In this document: piece after piece, positions 50,390 through 59,553 of the stretch
Layout of the letters: each line of letters begins with the position of its first letter
Position numbering within the stretch: position 1 is the stretch's first letter
DNA from: Candidatus Bathyarchaeum tardum
Lineage (GTDB): Archaea; Thermoproteota; Bathyarchaeia; Bathyarchaeales; Bathyarchaeaceae
Length of the DNA: 64,000 bases
Direction: 5' to 3'
Assembly: GCA_024650005.2 (NCBI GenBank)
Contig: CP122380.1
Location: 992,001 to 1,056,000, forward strand
Translations under genes and position numbers: made by a program
The notes under the pieces: model-generated
Seen by the model: the letters and a program-made list of their open reading frames with translations, nothing else
Databases searched by the model: none
What the model was told of the DNA's origin: nothing

Positions 50390-51709
50390 TTATTTTTCTT
50401 CCATCATGTCTTCGGGGTATGCTAGGGTCTTGTGTAGTGCGATATCCAGACCGTATAGTTCTGCATCTCGTCCGACACGGAGTAAGTTCGCTTTTTTGAG
50501 GATACCAAACATTACCAGTCCCATTACTGTAGCCCACAGGAATATTGCACCTGCACCGATTGCCTGTATTCCGAGTTGACCAATCCATGTTGTCATGTCC
50601 GCGAATCCATAGATTGGGTGTGCTCCAAGGGCAGTTCCGCCAAAGATTCCAGTTGCTAACAGTCCCCAAACTCCACATGCTGCGTGAACTGGGAAACATC
50701 CTAAAGCGTCGTCAATGTGTAGTTTGTGTTCAAGGACTCCCATCGTGAATGTTGTGATTACTCCTGCGATTATACCGATTACGAACCCTGCTAACGGATG
50801 GACTATGTGGGCTCCGGAACATATTGCAACAGCACCTGCAAGCAAACCAACCATGCTTGTTAGCACATGACCTCTTGAGGTGATTGCTGCTCCGAACATT
50901 CCTCCAGCCATACACATTGCTGTAGTCAGTGAGACCCATGCAAGTTCTACGTTGATTGTCATTGGATCTGCAGCTACGCTTGAGCCAACGTTAAAGCCGA
51001 ACCAACCGAAAGCCAGTAACCATGCACCAATTACAGACAATGGGATGCTGTGTCCAAAGAATGTTCTCGGCATCTTCTTGTCGCCTACGAACTTTCCAAT
51101 CCTTGGTCCAATCATTATTGCACCCATTAATGCAAGTGTTCCACCAACTAGGTGAACTACCCCTGAACCTGCGTAATCGATGAAACCCAGTTCTGATAGC
51201 CAGCCTCCACCCCAGACCCAGTGTTCAACTACGGGGTAGATGAAACCAGAGATTCCTGCAGCTGCAACTATCCAGCCCCAGAATTTGTCACGTTCTGCTA
51301 AACCTCCTGGGACTATACCTACGACGGTAATTGCAAACATTGCCATTTTGAACCATGTTGCAAGGTCGCCTATTCCAGAGGGGCTTGCGGCTAAACCGTA
51401 AGCACCCGTTTCGGACAGCAATGGTGGCAGTGGGTTAGCTATTGTTGGAGCAAACTGTGGAATCCCAAACACAGGTTCAGCTACATAATATGCTAGAGGG
51501 AATCCAATTAGGAAGTACACGACGAATGCGAGTGTCCATCCTACGTTGATTTGCAGTATAGTGTGAGTGACGTTCTTTTTACGGACCATTCCTGCATAGA
51601 ACAAGGCAAATCCTGCAGTTGCCATGATGAAAATGGCTACAGGTGCCCATCCTACGAAAAAGTTCTGCTGGAACGCCGCCCATGTTTCAGTTGCTTGATC
51701 TAACATCAT
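50390..51709 (-). CDS. amt: ammonium transporter
   Basis: GFALFYAGMVRKKN, YPVVEHWVWGGGWL, DYAGSGVVH, GWFGFNVGS, DDALGCFPVH. Confidence 0.97.
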   Translation of the reverse strand: MMLDQATETWAAFQQNFFVGWAPVAIFIMATAGFALFYAGMVRKKNVTHTILQINVGWTLAFVVYFLIGFPLAYYVAEPVFGIPQFAPTIANPLPPLLSETGAYGLAASPSGIGDLATWFKMAMFAITVVGIVPGGLAERDKFWGWIVAAAGISGFIYPVVEHWVWGGGWLSELGFIDYAGSGVVHLVGGTLALMGAIMIGPRIGKFVGDKKMPRTFFGHSIPLSVIGAWLLAFGWFGFNVGSSVAADPMTINVELAWVSLTTAMCMAGGMFGAAITSRGHVLTSMVGLLAGAVAICSGAHIVHPLAGFVIGIIAGVITTFTMGVLEHKLHIDDALGCFPVHAACGVWGLLATGIFGGTALGAHPIYGFADMTTWIGQLGIQAIGAGAIFLWATVMGLVMFGILKKANLLRVGRDAELYGLDIALHKTLAYPEDMMEEK

Positions 51710-51719
51710 TCATCACCAT

Positions 51720-52460
51720 TTATTCATTTCCGAACCAAACGGGCTTCAGTGAGAAGGGTATTTCTTCTACGGACAATCCACCCGCTTTGATGTTCAGTTT
51801 TAATACTTGAGGTTTCATGGGAACACTTCGCGCCTTTTTAATAAGGAAAACGCGTGTCCAGACTACGTCGTGTTTTCGGTAGTCAAGGTAAATCAAATGG
51901 TCTACAAGGTATTCGGTAATGCCAGGGGTTGCAGGAATGCCTTCGGCACTAAATAGTGTGGTTGCTCCTTGGGCTTTGGTTTCCATTAGTATCTTCATGA
52001 AGACTTGTCGGAATTCTTTTGAATCAGATAAACGCCTTGCAAGAGAAGATAACGAGTCGATTACAATCCTAACGGCACTTGGCTGGGCTTTCAATCCTCT
52101 TGTAACTATGTCCATTGCTTCTGTTTTGTCTACAAGACAATACTCGCTAGCATAGCTTGCAGTGATTGAAAGGTTAACTACTTTTATTGTTCCATTTTGA
52201 ATTAGTTTTGGGAAATCGGACCAGAGCTCTCCTCCGGTTCGCATTACTGTTTCGGGGGTTTCCTCGGTTGTGATGTACAAGCATTTTTCGCCATTTTTTG
52301 CGCCTTTGTAAAGAAATTGCAAACAACTAATGGTCTTGCCAGTACCTGGTTCACCGCGCACTAGTATTGCATCGCCCTTTGGGATTCCTGGAATGAACTT
52401 ATCCAAGCCATCCATTCCGATGTCAACCCATTCAATATTTGATGTTTGTTGCATTACCAT
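51720..52460 (-). CDS. single-domain KaiC/RAD55-like ATPase, co-transcribed with amt
   Basis: GEPGTGKT, YITTEE, IVIDSLS, EYLVD, KKAR; 10-nt gap to amt containing GGTGA SD. Confidence 0.88.
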   Translation of the reverse strand: MVMQQTSNIEWVDIGMDGLDKFIPGIPKGDAILVRGEPGTGKTISCLQFLYKGAKNGEKCLYITTEETPETVMRTGGELWSDFPKLIQNGTIKVVNLSITASYASEYCLVDKTEAMDIVTRGLKAQPSAVRIVIDSLSSLARRLSDSKEFRQVFMKILMETKAQGATTLFSAEGIPATPGITEYLVDHLIYLDYRKHDVVWTRVFLIKKARSVPMKPQVLKLNIKAGGLSVEEIPFSLKPVWFGNE

Positions 52461-52465
52461 GTCGA

Positions 52466-52572
52466 TCACTTCTTATTCAATTAAATTGCTAGATATTGAC
52501 TATTTGTATATAAATATTTCTTTTTTATTGAATGATTGTTTAGTGCTGAAGTTAACATTGAATGAACGTTCA
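52466..52572 (-). promoter_or_regulatory. kaiC-like/amt promoter: TATA 52507-52514; boxes 52529-52542 and 52559-52572
   Basis: Matches the glnA and second kaiC-like promoters. Confidence 0.7.
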
Positions 52573-52724
52573 AAATTGCATAAAATATTATAATGTGGAT
52601 GAATTTTGCGTTAAAATTTAATAAAAATTGGAATTTTTTCTGATAAAAATTAAACCATAAAAATTATGTTAAATGAAAATAGTTTAAGTTGAAAAAATAT
52701 ACATGTTCATGTTTACAAAAGGCG

Positions 52725-52915
52725 TAAAAAAAGCGGATAAAAAACCGAGATAATTATGTGTTGTTGGGCTTGGAAACAATTAAAGCTGTTCCCACACTGG
52801 GGTCTAAGGCTGTGGACCCTGACCAGATAAACGTAACAAACTGAAACTAGATGAGGCGAGTCACGTTGGCTGTGATCCGGATCCACAGTTTAAGCCAAAT
52901 TATGGTATTACCATT
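52725..52915 (-). ncRNA. candidate structured small RNA
   Basis: GC-enriched island, 10-bp stem (52810-52819 with 52879-52888), extra hairpins, upstream TATA-like element and downstream T-tracts on minus strand. Confidence 0.4.
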
Positions 52916-53094
52916 TAAAATAAAAGTGTTACTGTTTTACTATAAAATGAAAGACAATAATATTAACGGTTTAATTAAACCTCAGCGTTTGTACAGGAAA
53001 TTTGGAATTGATTATTTTTAGTATAAACAATTTTTTTAGAGAGGAAAAATAGAGAACCTCATTGGGGGAGCATGAAGTTCCTGTTGGAAGTGAA

Positions 53095-53835
53095 TTATAT
53101 TTTGCTTTGGAACCACACAGGGTTAAGGGCAAATGGGGTTTCTTCTACTGACAGTCCGCCTTTTTGAATGTACAGTTTTAGTATCTGTGGCTTGAGAGGT
53201 ACGCTTCGGGATTTTCGCAGAATGAAAACTCGAGTCCATTCTGTGTCTTGTTTTCGGTAGTCGAGATATACTAAGTGGTCTACGAGGTATTCGGTGATGT
53301 CGGGGGTCATGGGGATGCCTTCTGCTGTTAGTACTACTGTTGCGTTTTTTTGTTTGGTTTCCAGTAGCAATTTCATGAAGACTTCTCGAAATTCTTCGTA
53401 GTCAGACAGCCGCTGATCTAACGAAGACAACGAATCAATTACGATTCTAGATGCCCCTGGTTGAGTGGCAAAGCCTGTTTCAGCGATTTTCATTGCTTCT
53501 GCTTTTCCTAGTAAGCCATATTCGTTAGCGCATTCGCCAGTTATGGACATGTTTACAAATTTGATTACTCCCTTTTCAACTAATTTGGGGAACTCGGGCC
53601 ATAGCTCTGCTCCTGTTCGTAGTATTGATTCTGGGGTTTCTTCTGTTGTAATGTAGAGGCATTTTTCTCCATTTTTTGCGCCTTGATACAGGAATTGTAA
53701 GCAAACTATAGTTTTACCTGTGCCGGGATCGCCGCGCACTAGTATTGCATCGCCTTTTGGGAGTCCTGGAATGAAATCCTCTAGTCCAGATACGCCAAAG
53801 TCGATCCATTCTATGTTTGATGTTTTTTGACTCAT
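53095..53835 (-). CDS. single-domain KaiC/RAD55-like ATPase (paralog of 51720-52460)
   Basis: GDPGTGKT, YITTEE, IVIDSLS, EYLVDHLVYLDY, RKSR. Confidence 0.88.
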   Translation of the reverse strand: MSQKTSNIEWIDFGVSGLEDFIPGLPKGDAILVRGDPGTGKTIVCLQFLYQGAKNGEKCLYITTEETPESILRTGAELWPEFPKLVEKGVIKFVNMSITGECANEYGLLGKAEAMKIAETGFATQPGASRIVIDSLSSLDQRLSDYEEFREVFMKLLLETKQKNATVVLTAEGIPMTPDITEYLVDHLVYLDYRKQDTEWTRVFILRKSRSVPLKPQILKLYIQKGGLSVEETPFALNPVWFQSKI

Positions 53836-53840
53836 GCTGA

Positions 53841-53947
53841 TCACATCTCATTCAATTAATTGTCTAGATATTGACTATTTGTATATAAGTATTTCTTTTT
53901 TACTGAACATTTTTTTATACTTGCTTTTATAACTGAATATTTATTCA
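53841..53947 (-). promoter_or_regulatory. second kaiC-like promoter: TATA 53882-53889; boxes 53904-53917 and 53934-53947
   Basis: Near copy of 52466-52535 with the same box spacing. Confidence 0.7.
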
Positions 53948-54132
53948 TTACACTATTGTTATTTGCTGGAATTAGTATATGATGTATCAAAACAAGTATT
54001 TTTAGTAAAAAATATTTAAAATCAAATTAATCTAAAAATATTGTTAAAACTAGAATAATGAATTAACCAAATGTGCACCTTAATATCAGCAAAAAAAATA
54101 TTAAGAAAACTTAGCAAAAAGCGGGCGACATA

Positions 54133-54270
54133 TTATTTGTTAATTATTAAAATTAGTTTGTGGCAGTGTTTGCAATCGAAAACTGTTGCGTCACAATCTA
54201 AATCGAAATCTAGATTATCAATAAAAGTATTGCATACTTCCATTTCTTTCTTACAAATCGGGCAATCCAT
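54133..54270 (-). CDS. 45-aa CPxC zinc-finger microprotein
   Basis: MDCPICKKEMEVCNTFIDNLDFDLDCDATVFDCKHCHKLILIINK; GAGGG SD. Confidence 0.65.
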   Translation of the reverse strand: MDCPICKKEMEVCNTFIDNLDFDLDCDATVFDCKHCHKLILIINK

Positions 54271-54403
54271 ACTTTTCCCTCATGTACAATTAGATACAAC
54301 GTTTGCTTAACTATAAAATAGTTCTTACATTCAAATGATATTCATGAAGATTTAAAACAACGTTTTTCCTTTAACCGCTTTTTAAAACGGAGATATATTT
54401 TCT

Positions 54404-54544
54404 GTGAAAAATTTGATAATGTCTGATTCTAATGCTGGAAAGACAGAAAAACTTGCAAAAGTAGTAGGCAGGATGAGTTTTGAACTCAAAAAACCGAAAC
54501 ATTTGACACATACGGTCTTAAACGTGAAAAAAGTTATGCGATAG
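54404..54544 (+). pseudogene. possible flavodoxin/WrbA N-terminal remnant
   Basis: VKNLIMSDSNAGKTEKLAKVV resembles the flavodoxin FMN loop; early stop. Confidence 0.4.
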
Positions 54545-54773
54545 GTTCAACATCTCGTTTTGGTTTTATAACAGACATAATGTTGATGTTGTTGACCAAA
54601 CTTTATTGGGTGTGTCATAATCTGGCGGTTAAGCCACTTCACCTTGATTAAAACAGGCAAGCAAAATCTTTGAATGTGATTTACTGAAGCAACCCTATAG
54701 TAAGTTAGCTTGAATTTAAACAACACAAAGTTAAGGAAAACATTTTAGCTTCCAGCTCTTGATACATTAGATT

Positions 54774-55463
54774 ATGGGAAACCATCTGTGTAATAGTTCT
54801 GCATTTACTGTTTGTAAAGGTCTTATTGCATTTTTTATTGTAGTACTATTATCGTTTTCATTTGTTGTTTCGGGCTATTGTCTATCTGAAACTGCATTTA
54901 CTTCTGATGACGTTTTTGAAATCCCTCAAACTAACAGCTCTGTACGTTTTACTACAAATGGAACCTACGAAAATGCAGTTCTGGAAAAAAATACTTGGTT
55001 TTTTGATGGTTTGTATTTTTCAAGTTTTTTTACCACACAAAAACTAAACGTTACTATTTCAGCCAGCGACTGCCATTTAACTATCAATCCTTTTAGATTT
55101 TTTAGGCGTACTTCCCAAGGAGAAAACGTAACTTGGGTTCTTTTCAGTTACAGGGTTCAGGGTCAAGGAAAACAAGTAATCAATTTGGGTCTTGATCCGC
55201 AAAAGGGTCATATTGATGCAATTTTGGATGGAGAGTTTATAGGGTTAAACCATGGTTGGGTCCGTTCCCCTGATGGGACTATCACGGTAACTGCCCCTGT
55301 AAGTAATGTTACCCTTTGGTATTATGGACATCCTGAATCATACTTGCAAGAACCAAACTTTTTTGAAGACCATTCTGTTGTCATTGGTTCTACTTTTTCA
55401 ATGGCTGTTATTGTGGGCTTGGCAACGTTTATCACTCGGAAAAAAGGAAACAATGAGGCATAG
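54774..55463 (+). CDS. secreted hypothetical protein with C-terminal TM anchor
   Basis: Signal peptide, beta-rich body, TM plus RKK. Confidence 0.7.
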   Translation: MGNHLCNSSAFTVCKGLIAFFIVVLLSFSFVVSGYCLSETAFTSDDVFEIPQTNSSVRFTTNGTYENAVLEKNTWFFDGLYFSSFFTTQKLNVTISASDCHLTINPFRFFRRTSQGENVTWVLFSYRVQGQGKQVINLGLDPQKGHIDAILDGEFIGLNHGWVRSPDGTITVTAPVSNVTLWYYGHPESYLQEPNFFEDHSVVIGSTFSMAVIVGLATFITRKKGNNEA

Positions 55464-55465
55464 CG

Positions 55466-56683
55466 ATGGTTTGGGAATATTCGAGCAATTTAATTTTGTT
55501 ATGCTATGTCGTAATTGTTTTGGTCAGCATTTTTTTGATACTTAAGTTCACAAAAACCAAACGGGTTAGTAACCTTAGGTTAGTGATTCAGATTGCTGCA
55601 GTTGTAGCCATTTTTATGGGGTTACTTATTGGTCCGTTTAATGACCCATTTTATCAGGCGTTAGGGGTTTCCCCCCGTGACAGGTTAATAGGGAAAGATT
55701 TGTTAGGGAATCAACTTCCTGATGGGTTTCCAGTGCCCGTTTTGGCGTGTTATTTTCCTAATGGGCGAACAGTTACATGTCCCATATGGCAGATTCAAGC
55801 GTACATTTTTCCATTTTGGGATGCTGGTCAAATTGGCTACGACGTTTTTTATTCTACATCAGGCTTGGAGAAATTAGCAATAGTATTCAGTTTAGTTATT
55901 GGTCTATCAATTCTATTAGGAAGATTCTTTTGTGGTTGGCTATGCCCTTTTGGATTATACATGGACCTAATCACAAAGTTACGTAACGCATTCAAGATTC
56001 GTCACCTGAGTTTTTCTGAAAAAACAAACAAAATATTGCGTCAGTTCAGATTTGTATTAATTGCAGCTTTTTTGATTCTAAGTTTCATTTTCGGGTCTTA
56101 TCTTATTCTTGGCACTGAACTAATTCCCGGAACAATTCCCGGAGGACCTTTCGGAACCGAATCTGGAATCGTGGGTTTTATCAATCAACCTTATTGCTTA
56201 ATTTGCCCGATGAGACCCCTTTCAATTATCGTACAATCCGCTTTGGGTTTCTTAAATTACTCATACATTTCCCAAATAACATATGGACCATTCTTTATTG
56301 CTGGGCATTACCTAACTTCAATAAATGTTTCAATTTTTGTATTTATCACAATTCTCTCTTTTGCATACCGGCGATTCTGGTGCAGAATATGTGCCCTAGG
56401 TGGATTACTAGACCTGTTTAGCACCCATTTTCCGTTCAATAAAATAGCAATAACTCGATTAAACAAAAACGAAACCAAATGCACAAAATGTGGCATCTGC
56501 AAACGGGTTTGTCCAACGCAAGTAACAGAAGTTTATAATAAAAAAGGCGGTGACGTCACAACCCCCGGATGCACTCTTTGTTTCAGGTGTGTTGAAATGT
56601 GCCCCGAAAAAGGCGCTTTAAGTGTGAATCTAGCAACAAAAACAGTTTACCAATCCAAGAACTGGCTTGAACAAAAAGAGTAA
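55466..56683 (+). CDS. membrane 4Fe-4S protein (NapH/MauN-like)
   Basis: GRFFCGWLCPFG, YCLICP, RRFWCRIC, CTKCGICKRVCP, CTLCFRCVEMCP. Confidence 0.9.
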   Translation: MVWEYSSNLILLCYVVIVLVSIFLILKFTKTKRVSNLRLVIQIAAVVAIFMGLLIGPFNDPFYQALGVSPRDRLIGKDLLGNQLPDGFPVPVLACYFPNGRTVTCPIWQIQAYIFPFWDAGQIGYDVFYSTSGLEKLAIVFSLVIGLSILLGRFFCGWLCPFGLYMDLITKLRNAFKIRHLSFSEKTNKILRQFRFVLIAAFLILSFIFGSYLILGTELIPGTIPGGPFGTESGIVGFINQPYCLICPMRPLSIIVQSALGFLNYSYISQITYGPFFIAGHYLTSINVSIFVFITILSFAYRRFWCRICALGGLLDLFSTHFPFNKIAITRLNKNETKCTKCGICKRVCPTQVTEVYNKKGGDVTTPGCTLCFRCVEMCPEKGALSVNLATKTVYQSKNWLEQKE

Positions 56684-56734
56684 TTGTTTGCAATCGGAAA
56701 AAGAAAAATGATTTCCTGTTTATGTCTTTGATAC

Positions 56735-56938
56735 TTATGCATCTTCAATTGCTTTTTTGGTTTTTTTAACCCCTTTTTTTCCTAATTTAATGCCTTCTTT
56801 ACCTGCTTCTTTGCCTGCTTTCAAACCCTTTTTGCTAACGTCTTTGCTAACGTCTACTCCTCTTTCTCCAACTTTTTTTCCAGTATCCACAGTTTTTTTG
56901 GTAACATCCTCTGTCTTTTTCTTCAATTTTTTAAACAT
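56735..56938 (-). CDS. Lys/Gly-rich small protein with 11-mer repeats
   Basis: KKTVDTGKKVG/ERGVDVSKDVS/KKGLKAGKEAG/KEGIKLGKKGV; AAGGTG SD. Confidence 0.7.
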   Translation of the reverse strand: MFKKLKKKTEDVTKKTVDTGKKVGERGVDVSKDVSKKGLKAGKEAGKEGIKLGKKGVKKTKKAIEDA

Positions 56939-57254
56939 AAAATTACACCTTTAATGAATTACTCAATTTTGAATATAAATTTTGAGAGGTCACTTACTAG
57001 TGTGAAAAAAAATATCATGTATTTCTGTTATTTTAATTAACCATTTTTTATGAGAAAAAATTTAGATAAATGTTTCACTCGCCAAAAGTATCGGGTTTAT
57101 TATATTCGCCAACCACAATTTGTTCGGGTTAGCACATTTGTTTGGGACTGCTTTTGTTGAAAATAATCACCATATTCTCGACGCTGCGAGTACGTGGAGA
57201 AAAAAGCAATGATTAGGATTCGACGAAATCCAAGTTTATTCTTTTATTTTTTGT

Positions 57255-58037
57255 TTATATCCAACTTAATTTGTTTGCATCCACATCAAAATTACATTCT
57301 TTCAATTCATTAATTAACTTAAAGTACCATTCTTGCTTGTATTCAATCCAACGAATTCCTTGGTATTGGTCTGGAATTTCAAAATCCTTTTTTGGGAAAT
57401 AAACAGCGGCAACATTATTTTTGCCAAGTTTTCCAAGAAGAAAACCTAACTTAAAAATTACATTTTGTGATGCTTGATAGTTTGATTCCTTAGAATTTTG
57501 CTCTTTTGAATAAACAGAAATGTCGGGAGATAAAAGAACCAACCCAAACGAAACATTCGGACGGTTACTTACTTTCTCGATTAGTTTTTGTTCACTGTTG
57601 GGGTCTTCATTCAGAATAATTGGTTCCAGCTCTAATTTCTCTAAGGTTTGAAATACATCTGCATTCATTTCAGTGTTATTTCCATGAACCACAAAAAGCT
57701 GGTTTGACCTAATTTTGGTGTTTACTGAATACTTGACTGGTGGTGAAAGTAGTAGCTTTACCTTTTTCAACAAATTGTCTGAAGCGTTTGTTATTTCCCT
57801 TAATTTTGCTTTTTCTTGTTCATTATACCCCGATTCATATGATTGGTCACTGAAAGGGACTTCCTCAAGGGGTTTCATGTTTTTGTAAAAACCTAGTGAC
57901 TGCAAATCTATCAGCAGTTTATTATATGTTTTCAAGTAATTTTCATATTCACTCCAAAATTCGTTAGAAAAATCTTCCTTAGAACTAGACACAAGGGTTT
58001 CCAAATCAATAATTAAAGAACCAAAATCCACGCTCAT
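57255..58037 (-). CDS. predicted nucleotide-binding TIR domain protein (COG4271/CAP12-like)
   Basis: LFVVHG, LEPIILNE, LIEK, FGLVLLSPD, QNVIFKLGFLLGKLG, EIPDQYQGI. Confidence 0.85.
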   Translation of the reverse strand: MSVDFGSLIIDLETLVSSSKEDFSNEFWSEYENYLKTYNKLLIDLQSLGFYKNMKPLEEVPFSDQSYESGYNEQEKAKLREITNASDNLLKKVKLLLSPPVKYSVNTKIRSNQLFVVHGNNTEMNADVFQTLEKLELEPIILNEDPNSEQKLIEKVSNRPNVSFGLVLLSPDISVYSKEQNSKESNYQASQNVIFKLGFLLGKLGKNNVAAVYFPKKDFEIPDQYQGIRWIEYKQEWYFKLINELKECNFDVDANKLSWI

Positions 58038-58233
58038 TTGTTAGATCCCTTCAGAAACTAAATTATGCCCCAAAATATATTATATATTCCCTGAAACCAA
58101 AACACCAGAGTTCAATACTTCATGAAACATGTTCGAATACAGTAGCAATGTATTGTTGAAAGCAAGTTTTCATAAAAAGAACTACACCTCACCCAGTGGG
58201 GGTAAAGTTAACATTAAATTTTTAAATCAAGAA

Positions 58234-58938
58234 TTAGGTTTTTCCCAGAAGTTTTCGTCTTTTGTCTTCTTTAGGTTTTACTGTTTCTTCTACTAGGGCA
58301 TACTGTCGCTGATAAATGTGGCAATTCTTGGAGTGAAAAATCATTTTTCCTGTTCGTAAGTTAAGGTCAGTTCGTTTGTTAATTTCTGACACAAGCGCTT
58401 CATTAAAAATTTGAATTCCCGCAATGTTTGCAGGCAATCCCGCATAGGCATCCCAAGACCTAAAATAACAAGTCAAATGCAATTGATCATCGGAAATTTC
58501 AGTGTCAAGTATGCTCAAACAAGGAGGTTCATGTCTTGTATCTTTTTTTATGCATTTTTTTATGTCTTCAGGCAACCGAATAACAAAAGTTACTTGGCGG
58601 TCTTGAATTTCTTCCACGTAACGGTTAATGGCTTCTTCAACTTGGTCTACAGGGTCACGCATCCTACTTCCATAAGTGTATGTTTCATCATCTATTGCTC
58701 CTGACCATAAATACTTCAAAGCGTACCATTGAACATACTGCATATCACAGGGAGCCATAAAATCAACCAATGGGCGATTCGCTGGATTAGTGATTTCGAT
58801 ACTGATGTTAAGTTTCTTTGTTTCTGTAAGTTCAGAACCATAACCAACATTAAAAACGTCTCCACGGTACCAAATTTCGTTCAAAACTTTATACCATGCA
58901 TCTGGACAATCAAAGGCTTTAAGCATCTTGTATTTCAA
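58234..58938 (-). CDS. thyA: thymidylate synthase (archaeal ThyA type)
   Basis: YTYGSRM, EPPCL, YFRSWDAYAGLPAN, CHIYQR. Confidence 0.9.
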   Translation of the reverse strand: MKYKMLKAFDCPDAWYKVLNEIWYRGDVFNVGYGSELTETKKLNISIEITNPANRPLVDFMAPCDMQYVQWYALKYLWSGAIDDETYTYGSRMRDPVDQVEEAINRYVEEIQDRQVTFVIRLPEDIKKCIKKDTRHEPPCLSILDTEISDDQLHLTCYFRSWDAYAGLPANIAGIQIFNEALVSEINKRTDLNLRTGKMIFHSKNCHIYQRQYALVEETVKPKEDKRRKLLGKT

Positions 58939-59031
58939 AAGAACCCCTCACCTCTTTTTTATTATCAACATCTCCCATATAATTTGCTTTTCATAAAAAA
59001 GAAACACCCCAAAAAAGGAGCATTCAACTGT

Positions 59032-59499
59032 TTATGGTATAACGTCATTTATTCTGCGTTTTCGATAATCATCATAATCTGGAATAATCCTGTGGTATTC
59101 CCTGTCCATTAATGTTGATGAAATTATAAAATCAGCAGTAGAACGGTTACACGCAACTGGGATGTTCCAGACTACAGCCATGCGTAATAGTGCTTTTACA
59201 TCAGGGTCATGAGGAAGTGATTCAAGGGGATCCCAGAAGAAAATCAGAAAATCGATTTCACTGTTAGCAATCTTGGCGCCGATTTGCATGTCCCCCCCTA
59301 AAGGGCCACTTTTGAGTTTGTTGACGGTTAATCCTGTTTTTTCTATAATTTTTCCAGTTGTTCCTGTAGCGTAAAGTTCATGTAAACTCAGAAGATACTT
59401 GTTAAACATAACCCATTGTAGCAAATCTTCTTTTCTGTGGTCATGGGCAACCAAAGCGATTTTTTTGCGCTTATTAATCAAGACTGTATTGCAGTTCAT
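59032..59499 (-). CDS. mgsA: methylglyoxal synthase
   Basis: [40 protein letters not shown]. Confidence 0.96.
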   Translation of the reverse strand: MNCNTVLINKRKKIALVAHDHRKEDLLQWVMFNKYLLSLHELYATGTTGKIIEKTGLTVNKLKSGPLGGDMQIGAKIANSEIDFLIFFWDPLESLPHDPDVKALLRMAVVWNIPVACNRSTADFIISSTLMDREYHRIIPDYDDYRKRRINDVIP

Positions 59500-59553
59500 T
59501 TTCAGTTCCTCTTTTTCATAATTAAAAAGGGGGATAGAAAAAATTTTGCTTTT

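Noticed and set aside
51720-53835. Circadian clock KaiC
   Set aside because: Single-domain proteins, EY instead of the ST phosphosites, no kaiA/kaiB nearby
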